Origin: an uncultured Spirochaetota bacterium
Lineage (GTDB): Bacteria > Spirochaetota > Brevinematia > Brevinematales > JAOACQ01
Direction: 5' to 3'
DNA: 64,000 nucleotides
Assembly: GCA_963783575.1 (NCBI GenBank)
Contig: CAWAOD010000010.1
Location: forward strand, 1 to 64,000
Below, piece by piece: positions 55,940-64,000 of this stretch. Positions within the stretch are counted from its first letter, which is position 1. Every line of letters starts with the position of its first letter. The notes under the pieces were generated by a model. It ran no database searches. It had not been told where the DNA came from and saw only the letters and a list, made by a program, of their open reading frames with translations. The position numbers were made by a program, and so were the translations under genes.

Positions 55940-55968
55940 ATTCTATCATTTATTAATCAATTTGTCAA
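55940..55968 (-). promoter_or_regulatory. Sigma70-type promoter for the cluster
   Basis: Minus strand TTGACA-17 nt-TAGAAT with extended -10 TG, ~155 nt upstream of the first cluster gene. Confidence 0.7.
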
Positions 55969-55970
55969 TA

Positions 55971-55992
55971 GAACAAATTTGAACAAATTTGA
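55971..55992. repeat. Tandem 10-bp direct repeat GAACAAATTT
   Basis: GAACAAATTT GAACAAATTT GA directly upstream of the -35 box. Confidence 0.7.
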
Positions 55993-55997
55993 TTATG

Positions 55998-56050
55998 TGT
56001 CAAGCAAATTAAAATGTCCCCTTTTTTATTTATTTTAAAATGTCCCTTTT
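55998..56050. mobile_element. Orphan IS terminus (IS1202/ISNCY- or IS21-like)
   Basis: Starts TGT and carries TTAAAATGTCCC twice (56009-56020, 56035-56046); no matching transposase nearby. Confidence 0.45.
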
Positions 56051-56443
56051 ATTAAGCAACTTTTGATGCTTTCTGTCGCCAAAGCATTATATTACTATTT
56101 GTAAAGTCAGTAAAAAAGATTACTTTTCATGAAAATACACAAAATATCTAAAAAAGCTTATGCTTGAAATATCCACAGGCTGTACGTAGGAATTAACATG
56201 TTATCATAAAATTATTTGCTTTATATTAATAAATCTTTTAGTTTTGAAGAATGTTTGATATGAGATAACTACAGAATATCTTTAAATAAATAAGAAGATG
56301 ACAGCTCTCTTAAAAATTTAATTCTATCATTTCATTCACCATTAATCATTTCATCCGGAAGATGACCTCGTAAAAGAAAAACCTATTCCGAAACGGTGGA
56401 AAGTAGGTTCAATTCATAAAAGGTTAGAATTTGGTACTTTTTA

Positions 56444-58152
56444 CCTAAACTGAGCGATTCTTAACTATCCATAAAAATAAAACCATGCTAAAATAAAATG
56501 GGGTAAGGAAATGGTTACAGCCATCCTTACCCCGGAATAACACCCATTGGGTGCAAAAGCAGGTAAATTATGACTGAAAAAAATAAAAATCGCAAAATTC
56601 AGGGAAATGAGATTCAAAAAATCGGCATAACGAAAGATTGTCTTACCAGCCGCGGCGGGCTTACGTTTGTCCTGAGATATCTCAAGAATATTAAAGTTAT
56701 TCCCCTGATCAGCGAAGTATTTCAGGGAATTCGCAAGAGCCGCAAAGGTAAAGATATAGAAAAAATTATTTCTCAATTGATGCTGTTTTTCATAGATGGA
56801 AGCAAATTTACCATGACCCGGTTTGATGAATTGGCAAATGATATCGGGCACAGAAAGGCCATTGAATGCAGCAAAGACAATATGTGCTCATCCCATGTGA
56901 TAAAGAGATTTTTTTCAGTGGTAAAAAAGACAATGTTTAAAGAGCTTCAAAAGATTCTAATTAAGCTTTTTGTCTGGCGTCTCAAGATAAAGAACCCGAA
57001 AGTTATTATTCTCGGACTTGATACGATGGTACTGAATAATGATGACGCTAAAAAGCGAAACGGCGTGACTTATACCTACAAAAAGGTTAACGGGTATCAT
57101 CCGCTGCATATGTATTGGAATGGTTTTATCGTGAACCTGGCGTTCCACGAAGGAAGCGAATCCCCGAATCACGGTGACGATCTGTTTACAATGCTGGAAG
57201 AAACAGTGAAGGAAATCCGGAAATGCTATGACAAAGAGGTGCCGATTATCGTTGTGTCTGATAGCGGGTTTTTTGACCAAAAGTATTTTAAGAAGCTGGA
57301 AGACCTGAAACTGTTCTTTATATGCGGCGGGAGAATACTGGATTCAATCAAACTCGATTTGATGAAGCGATTGCCGGAAGAATGGAGAAGGTTTGAGAAA
57401 AAAGGAGATGTAATTGAATACCTGGACTTTCGGGACAGACGGGATAGCTGGGAAAAGGGATACCGTGCCATTTATACCAAATATGAATGTGAAGACGGGG
57501 TTTTCAGATTAGCGTTCGACAGGCCTGAAAATATTATTTATACAAATCTTGAAGAAGCGGAAGTATTGAAAGAAAAGGGGCTTGTGAAATATATGACGGC
57601 AGAGGAAATAGTGAGGCTCTATCATCTGAGGGCAAAAGATGAACTGGTGAACCGTGGAATAAAAGAATTCGTGGATGAAACACTGCCGTTTAAGAGTTTT
57701 GTATCAAACGGTGTATATTATTTTTTATCGATAATAGCGTATAATCTGCTGTCGGCTTATCAGGCGGATATGGATATACCGGAAATACCAGTGGAAAGTT
57801 ATCCGGATACGGTCAGGCGAATATTTATTGATATTGCGGGAAAGATTGTTAAAACAGGCGGGCGGGCTATTTTAAAATTCAGGGAAGAAGTAGTTGACAG
57901 GTTTAAATTGTTAGATTTGTGGGAGAAATGCGGAACGGTTACCCCGATTTAAAGATGCGCTCTGTTTTCATGGATTAATAAGGGGGTATTGCGCCAAAAA
58001 TTGAAAATATCTCAGAGATTGATGATTTTAGTGCTTTCAAACGCATAAATTCGGCAAATTAACCGGTGACAAAAAAATATATCCAAATTTTTATAAATTT
58101 TGGCTTTTATAAACCTGTTTTTGGTATTTATTAAAAAATCGCTCAGTTTGGG
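56444..58152 (+). mobile_element. Complete IS1380-family insertion sequence (1709 bp)
   Basis: Terminal inverted repeats CCTAAACTGAGCGATT / CCCAAACTGAGCGATT, flanked by direct repeat TTTTA (56439-56443 and 58153-58157), enclosing one transposase. Confidence 0.92.
56570..57952 (+). CDS. IS1380-family DDE transposase
   Basis: 460 aa; LTSRGGL, ILGLDTMVL, TYKKVNGYHPL, SDSGFFD, YHLRAKDELVNR; lies between the inverted repeats. Confidence 0.9.
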   Translation: MTEKNKNRKIQGNEIQKIGITKDCLTSRGGLTFVLRYLKNIKVIPLISEVFQGIRKSRKGKDIEKIISQLMLFFIDGSKFTMTRFDELANDIGHRKAIECSKDNMCSSHVIKRFFSVVKKTMFKELQKILIKLFVWRLKIKNPKVIILGLDTMVLNNDDAKKRNGVTYTYKKVNGYHPLHMYWNGFIVNLAFHEGSESPNHGDDLFTMLEETVKEIRKCYDKEVPIIVVSDSGFFDQKYFKKLEDLKLFFICGGRILDSIKLDLMKRLPEEWRRFEKKGDVIEYLDFRDRRDSWEKGYRAIYTKYECEDGVFRLAFDRPENIIYTNLEEAEVLKEKGLVKYMTAEEIVRLYHLRAKDELVNRGIKEFVDETLPFKSFVSNGVYYFLSIIAYNLLSAYQADMDIPEIPVESYPDTVRRIFIDIAGKIVKTGGRAILKFREEVVDRFKLLDLWEKCGTVTPI

Positions 58153-58233
58153 TTTTAGGAATTATAATTGATACTTCCCTCTTATTTGTTTTTTATTGTA
58201 AATTATTATATGTATCTTTATAATTATTTTAAA

Positions 58234-58858
58234 GTATTATTAAAAGATTCATTCAGTCCAGTACTTCGTAATATCGCAATAAAAAATGGCGTAGAATACA
58301 CCAGGGAACTTGAAAGAAATGTATTTTCACGAGGACTTGCTGAAACAGCAGAATACATTAAAAAAAACTTTAATGTTAAAATTAATAAATTAAAACTATG
58401 GCGGGATTTTATAAAAGAAAGAAAACGATTGTGCAGTAATTCAAGGGGTTCCGGATTTTCTAGAATTATTAACCTCACTCAAAGTTAAATTAATCTGTTA
58501 TGGGGGAATGCCTAAATCAATGATAATAAAAGAATTTAGAAAGAAATATATGAAATATTTTGATCGCTATGTTTGTACCAGAGATATTAGACTAGGAATA
58601 AAAAAAATTGTTAAAGATATCTATAAACTTGATTATAATCAAGTTTTATTTCTGGATGATGTAAATACTTTTGCTGAAAATGCAAAAAAGCTGAATGTCT
58701 CTTTTATAGGGATACCGGCTTCTTTTCCCTGGGGTTTCCAGAAACAAGATATAATAGAATCAAAAGTACCATACATTCTAAATTCCGTAACGGATATAAC
58801 AAAGGAATTGTTGGAGAAAATTGATATCGAGGCAGGACTAGGTTCTTTTTGGAATTAA
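58234..58858 (+). pseudogene. HAD-like hydrolase pseudogene
   Basis: VLLKDSFSPV...; frameshift near 58430 into VIQGVPDFLELL...LICYGG...VLFLDDVN. The N-terminal DxD motif is missing. Confidence 0.55.
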
Positions 58859-59257
58859 ATAGATAATCACTACATTAAACATTTAAGGGCAGTTCCAAAA
58901 ACCGCCGATTTTAAAAACGCTTCCTAAAAATCAGGAAAAATTGCGAAATTTTCCTGTCATTAAGTTAAAAAATCTGGCTCTATCACCAAAATCTATCAAA
59001 ACACGAGCAATTTTATCCGCATTTTCAGCATATTAAGCCTTACTGGACGCAATTTGAGTCTGAATCGTTTCGTTGCGAGAAAGATTATAAACCAGATTCT
59101 TTATGCTGATTTGTCCTTTTGCCCTTTCTATTCCTATCGTCCATATCGCACTTTCATTCATACTGTTTTCAACAAAACCAAAAATATACTCTAACCGGAC
59201 CTGGATACGGCTTTTTCTCTTATTCTTAATTTTTTGTTTCTCTATAATGTTGAAAAA

Positions 59258-59690
59258 TGGTCTTTAATCTTATTCCTACATGGGACGGGTAATCATGGAA
59301 CAAATGTATTGCTGCTGGCAAAGGAAAGCCCATATATGATGATCCTGGAAAAAGGCCCGCTCCCCTTTATTATTATTGTCCCGCTTTTAAAGCTATCAAA
59401 AGATTTATCGTTGTTTCCCGGACATTATCTCGAAGACGTGCTTGATGAAGTCATTGACAATTATAAGGTTGATGATAAGAGGGTTTATCTGACAGGGATT
59501 AATATAGGCGGTGAGACAAGTTATCGCTTTGCGCTGGAACACCCTGAAAAATTTACTGCAATTGCGTCTTTATTGGGATATATGGCAAAATATTTTTCCG
59601 CTTTTTATCGAGAAGAAACTGAGATGAAAGGCACTCCGATAAGCCGGTTAAAGTGAGTTCCGATCTGGGAGATACATGGATCGGAATAAG
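59258..59690 (+). pseudogene. Esterase/peptidase (alpha/beta hydrolase) pseudogene
   Basis: LILFLHG, VDDKRVYLTGINIGG (nucleophile Ser position is Asn), then in-frame stops around VPIWEIHG; no convincing start. Confidence 0.65.
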
Positions 59691-59902
59691 CAGTCGGTAA
59701 CAATTAAACACCTGCTGACTACCCGCAAGCAATTCCAAACTGTAAAAGCTACGGCTACTTGTGGTAGAACCTACCAAATAATTAGTATAATGCGCGGTTA
59801 TATTTTTGATAAGATTAATTTTTTGATTTTATTTTTCAGAAGGTTTATTATTTACCGGATTATCTTTACATTTAAAATATTTAAAAATGATAAGAAGAAG
59901 CT

Positions 59903-61153
59903 ATGAGTAAATATACGATTATTTCATTCTTTATCTCATTTTTATACATATATCTGGGAATAAAAACCCTCTTGAATGACCACAGGAATAAATTGAATAT
60001 CCTATTCAGTCTCATCTGCCTGTCCATATTAATCTGGACTTTATTGGGTGGTTTAGGGTATTCGCAAAAAAACAAAGAAATGATTTTTAATTTTCTTAAA
60101 TTCGCGTATATAGGCGCGTACCTTTATTACCCTATCAGCCTTCATTTTTATTTAACCCTCAGCAAAACGAAAACAAGATTATGGATACTCGTACTCAATT
60201 ATATACCGGCATTAATTCTAATAATAGCATGCTTTTTCGGGTATACATACGTATCGTATTTTATTATTTATAAGGATGAATGGCTTGGGCTCATTGATTT
60301 TAACAGCATTTGGGTATATTTATTTATTTTTTTCATATTGTTCTATCTGACCATTGTATTTTTGATCATTTTCAATTGGGGCAAGCGGTCAGGAATAAAT
60401 AAAGAAAAAATATATTCGATTTTTATTCTCATATCATATTTCATAACAACCGTGGGTTCCTTAATATTAACGATCCTGCTGCTTTATTTTAAGATTTATG
60501 ATTACCAGGGCATCGGCGGAGTCTTATTCAGTCTTTATATAATCGGATTATTTTACATTATTGTCAGATTAAGATTTATGAATATCAATTATTCCTTGAT
60601 GGCGAACGAAATCATATCCAAAATCAATGATATCGTGATACTACTGGATACCGAACTGAAAGTGATAGATATAAATAATAAATATACTGAGATTTTATCA
60701 ACAAAAATTAAAGAAATAAGGAAGAAAAGCTTTTTTGACCTGATTACTGAAAATGAATATTTAAAAAGTAAAATAAGGGATGTCATTGAATGCAGGATTG
60801 GGAATTTTAACCTGAATATAAATTATAAAAAAGATAAGGAATATATTATCACAAAATCATATTTTTCAGAGATAAAAGACAGGTTTGGAGATTTAACCGG
60901 ATTTTTGGTAATATCCACAGAAATAAAAGAGGTAAAACAATTTCAAAAATACTTTAAGATAACAAACAAGGAGTTGGAAATCATCGAATTGATTATTTCA
61001 GGTTTCACCTACATAGATACTTCAAGAAAATTGAATGTAACCGAAAAAACAATAGAAGCCCATTTAAATAATATTTATAATAAACTCAACATCAAAAATA
61101 AAATCGATCTTATCAGAATATCCGGCGTTTTCAATATTAAGCCTTATCATTAA
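59903..61153 (+). CDS. Membrane-anchored one-component regulator: ~7 TM sensor - PAS-like - LuxR-type HTH
   Basis: Hydrophobic N-terminal ~225 aa; EIISKINDIVILLD PAS-like start; C-terminal ITNKELEIIELIISG...TEKTIEAHLNNIYNKL. Confidence 0.88.
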   Translation: MSKYTIISFFISFLYIYLGIKTLLNDHRNKLNILFSLICLSILIWTLLGGLGYSQKNKEMIFNFLKFAYIGAYLYYPISLHFYLTLSKTKTRLWILVLNYIPALILIIACFFGYTYVSYFIIYKDEWLGLIDFNSIWVYLFIFFILFYLTIVFLIIFNWGKRSGINKEKIYSIFILISYFITTVGSLILTILLLYFKIYDYQGIGGVLFSLYIIGLFYIIVRLRFMNINYSLMANEIISKINDIVILLDTELKVIDINNKYTEILSTKIKEIRKKSFFDLITENEYLKSKIRDVIECRIGNFNLNINYKKDKEYIITKSYFSEIKDRFGDLTGFLVISTEIKEVKQFQKYFKITNKELEIIELIISGFTYIDTSRKLNVTEKTIEAHLNNIYNKLNIKNKIDLIRISGVFNIKPYH

Positions 61154-61183
61154 AATTGACCTTTTACAAAAAAAATCAAAACT

Positions 61184-61200
61184 TAGGGTTTTCCCCGATG
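61184..61200. promoter_or_regulatory. Possible operator for the LuxR-type regulator
   Basis: Imperfect palindrome TAGGG-TTTT-CCCCGATG, the only GC-rich spot in an AT-rich spacer between regulator and lipoprotein gene. Confidence 0.35.
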
Positions 61201-61281
61201 ACAAAAACTTTGAAAAAAGTTAAACTTTCATGATTCCTTATTAAATTTTTCAAAATATCCTATTAACCGGGAGGCAAAATT

Positions 61282-64000
61282 ATGAAAAGGGGAAATATTG
61301 TAGTAGTATCGGGGATCATTTTTATTCTGGGCCTTATCATTTATGCCTGTTCCACGGCGCCGACCGGGAACCGCAGTAATGATAGTAATAGTACAAGCAG
61401 CAGTGGAGGCGGAAGTGGATCTTTGGCCGGAATAAGCGGCTCTGTAAATTTACCAAACGGTGCTCCAGATGGCGACAATAACAGTGCAACGGTATATGTT
61501 ATCGGTCAGGAAAGCAGCGGAACAACTACCGACCCGAACGGAAATTATAATCTCAAAGTGGATTTAAATTCGAGTTTGAAGCTCGGTTTGAAAAGCATGT
61601 CAACAAAAGTAACAGTCACCGCGGTTTCAAACCTTCAATTAGTTGTTATAACACGCAGTAAAACATTCGGGATCAAGCATGACGGGATTATTGTAAACAA
61701 TGGCCAGACTACTTCTTTAGGGCCCCTGACGGTTAAAAAAATGGGATTGATTTCGGGTAAAATAACGCTGCAGAATGCTCCCAGTAATGATAATAGTTTT
61801 ATTCTGGTCGGTATACCGGGGACATCCTTCATGGCCAATACTGCGGCTGATGGAACCTATACCATTTCCGGAATACCAGAGGGCAATTATGATTATCTGC
61901 GTGCAGAAAAAGACGCCTATAATTATGGGATGCTGTCAGGCATAACCGTGACTGCGGACACCACTATGCAAGTCCAAAGCATGTACCTGCTCCTCTCGTC
62001 GGGGGCAAGCGGCAGTGTTGTTATTAACGGCGGCGATACCTACACTCCCTACCTTAAAGTTCATGTGGCACTCGCGGCTTCATCAAACGCAGTATTGATG
62101 AAAGTGGATGACAATGTCAACTTTACCAATGCATCAGCAATTTCCTGGTCTGCTCTTCAGTCTTCATTCGACTATACGTTTAATGCCCCCGGCAGTAGAA
62201 CACTGTATGTTGAGTTCAATGATATCAACGGATTGTCAAGTTCGCCTGTTCAGGCCTCAATCACCATTGACACCAATCCCCTTGTAATCCTGAACACACC
62301 GACAGGCACCATCAATGACACAAAGCCGGTATTCGACTGGACGGCGACACCCTTAAAGAATTCAACATACAAATTCCAACTTTCGGGCTATTCGTCTTTT
62401 GCGTCGACCATTGTAAGCACAAACTACCTCACAACAAACAGCTTCGCGCTTACGTCTTTCGCCTTGAGCAACAATACAACCAACTATTACAGGGTTGCCA
62501 TAGTCGGACCTGACGGTACAAACTGGAACTACACATCCCCGCAGAGCTTTATCATCGATTTGAGCGCTGTCTCGCTGACTAATCCGGTGAATAATGCTGT
62601 TATATCAAAGGTTCAGCCCTCATTCTCTTGGACAGCGACGAGTTTAGCAGGTGCGACATATGAATTCGTTCTTGCCGGTGACAGCAACTTTATTTCTATC
62701 ATAATGGATACCACCAATTCAACGCCTTCCGCGAATCTGACGCATACTTCGGTTGCCAACAACTCAACAAATTACTGGCGTGTCCGTGTATTCGATGCAT
62801 TCGGCATACCCGGAAGCTGGGCTGGTCCGGATAAATTCATTGTTGATACTGCCGGTCCATCGGTTACCGTCACATCTCCTGTAAACGGCTCAACGAACAA
62901 CAGTACATCTATAACCTACAATATATTGACCAATGACAATCAATCATCGATGGCTTCAGCATATTATAAAATAAACGGCGGTTCTTATACTGCGATCACG
63001 GGCTTAAGCTTTATCGCCAGTTTAACAAACGGCTGGAATACCATTTCGGTTTACGGCGTCGACTCCCTAGGTAACATCGGTCTCACAAATGCTTACACCA
63101 ACTTTGTGGATTCCATAGCTCCTGCATTAACTCTTAATATTTCGGACGGTGCTTTTACTAACGTAAATAGCTTTGTCATCGGCGGCACGACAAACGACGC
63201 GCTTCCTTCGTCCGGGATCAAGACATTCTGGATCAAGACAAACGGCACGCTGATCTCAAACTCGTACTGGAATGGAACTGTATTCAGTTTCGGTGCGGAT
63301 GGAGCATATACCATCAGCGTATACATAGAAGACAACGCCGGAAATAGTTCTAATATCAGCAAGACGATCACTGTGGACACGACACCTCCCAGTCTTTCAT
63401 TCCAGCCAAGCTTGAGCAATACATTCCAGAGCGGTTTAGGATCGGGATTAGCAGTGACGGTAACAGGAAGCGACGGAAGCGGCAGCGGCATCAGGCGCTG
63501 CTGGCTGGCGACAAATACCGGCCCATTCATCACATTCAATTATCCCTCAACAAATATTAAATTACATGAGGGGAGTTATCTCCTGAGGGTTAAAATCGAG
63601 GATAATGTCGGTAATGTGAGCGCTGAAATAAGCAATGATAATGTGACCATAATATCCAATACGGTTTATGTTTCAACAACAGGCAGCGATGCAAATTCCG
63701 GTATAAAATCCGCTCCTTTGAAAACAATACAGATAGCATTGGACAGGGCTGCAATGGTGAATGCTTCCAATGTTTACGTCGGAGCAGGACCATATACACC
63801 GGATAACGGACTTCTCGACCAATCGAATGAAGCGGGAATTATCTTGTCCAACAGCTACAACGGAATCAACCTGACCGGCGGATGGGACAGCAGCTTTACA
63901 GCTCATACCGGCTACAGCGAGCTCAATGGACAGTGGATTCTTATACACATCCTGCTCTTCGGATCGAGCCCGACCAATAACAATGTCGGTGCTATCTCGA
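61282..64000 (+). CDS. Large surface lipoprotein (3'-truncated): carboxypeptidase-regulatory-like, Ig/FN3-like repeats, then start of a DUF1565/beta-helix-like domain
   Basis: Not in the ORF track because it has no stop in the window. RBS GGAGG; MKRGNIVVVSGIIFILGLIIYA-C signal and lipobox; S/G linker; GTYTISGIPEGNY, NYWRVRVFD, EDNAGN, VDTTPP, VYVSTTGSDANSG..APLKTIQ. Confidence 0.88.
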   Translation, partial: MKRGNIVVVSGIIFILGLIIYACSTAPTGNRSNDSNSTSSSGGGSGSLAGISGSVNLPNGAPDGDNNSATVYVIGQESSGTTTDPNGNYNLKVDLNSSLKLGLKSMSTKVTVTAVSNLQLVVITRSKTFGIKHDGIIVNNGQTTSLGPLTVKKMGLISGKITLQNAPSNDNSFILVGIPGTSFMANTAADGTYTISGIPEGNYDYLRAEKDAYNYGMLSGITVTADTTMQVQSMYLLLSSGASGSVVINGGDTYTPYLKVHVALAASSNAVLMKVDDNVNFTNASAISWSALQSSFDYTFNAPGSRTLYVEFNDINGLSSSPVQASITIDTNPLVILNTPTGTINDTKPVFDWTATPLKNSTYKFQLSGYSSFASTIVSTNYLTTNSFALTSFALSNNTTNYYRVAIVGPDGTNWNYTSPQSFIIDLSAVSLTNPVNNAVISKVQPSFSWTATSLAGATYEFVLAGDSNFISIIMDTTNSTPSANLTHTSVANNSTNYWRVRVFDAFGIPGSWAGPDKFIVDTAGPSVTVTSPVNGSTNNSTSITYNILTNDNQSSMASAYYKINGGSYTAITGLSFIASLTNGWNTISVYGVDSLGNIGLTNAYTNFVDSIAPALTLNISDGAFTNVNSFVIGGTTNDALPSSGIKTFWIKTNGTLISNSYWNGTVFSFGADGAYTISVYIEDNAGNSSNISKTITVDTTPPSLSFQPSLSNTFQSGLGSGLAVTVTGSDGSGSGIRRCWLATNTGPFITFNYPSTNIKLHEGSYLLRVKIEDNVGNVSAEISNDNVTIISNTVYVSTTGSDANSGIKSAPLKTIQIALDRAAMVNASNVYVGAGPYTPDNGLLDQSNEAGIILSNSYNGINLTGGWDSSFTAHTGYSELNGQWILIHILLFGSSPTNNNVGAIS

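Noticed and set aside
55971..56050. CRISPR array
   Set aside because: Only two copies of each short repeat, no spacers of suitable length, no cas genes.
56465..57471. Minus-strand ORFs inside the IS
   Set aside because: Antisense to the transposase with no recognisable motifs.
58883..58927. REP-like hairpin or terminator after the HAD remnant
   Set aside because: Pairing is poor and there is only one copy in the window.
61635..63948. Minus-strand ORFs at the right end
   Set aside because: Antisense to the open plus-strand lipoprotein frame starting at 61282.
1..64000. rRNA, tRNA or riboswitch genes, including a cobalamin riboswitch near the radical SAM gene
   Set aside because: No recognisable sequence; most intergenic gaps are too short or AT-rich. 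An Infernal/Rfam scan would be needed to exclude them formally.

Overview
About 56 kb of this window (<1-55968, minus strand, running off the left edge) is one co-oriented hybrid trans-AT PKS / NRPS biosynthetic gene cluster. In transcription order it has: a near-consensus sigma70 promoter; decayed remnants of a PPTase, a 3-hydroxyacyl dehydrogenase (FkbK/ZmaG-like) and a stand-alone FkbH; an intact ACP, acyl-CoA dehydrogenase, discrete AT and SAM methyltransferase; an AT-less KS-KR*-carrier PKS; an NRPS with a methyltransferase-interrupted, Ser-type A domain; a T-C-FkbH-T protein; a B12-binding radical SAM enzyme; a small membrane protein; an orphan ParA ATPase coupled to a trans-enoylreductase with a foreign N-terminus; an alpha/beta hydrolase; a second methyltransferase; and three giant trans-AT PKS genes (at least 7 elongating KS plus one KS0). 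Eight small frame disruptions split otherwise intact genes and look more like consensus errors than biology. The right flank has an orphan IS end, a complete IS1380-family element with a 5-bp target duplication, two pseudogenes, a membrane-anchored PAS-LuxR regulator and a large Thr/Ser-Asn-rich lipoprotein that runs off the right edge. All calls come from reading motifs by eye; no searches were run and domain boundaries are approximate.
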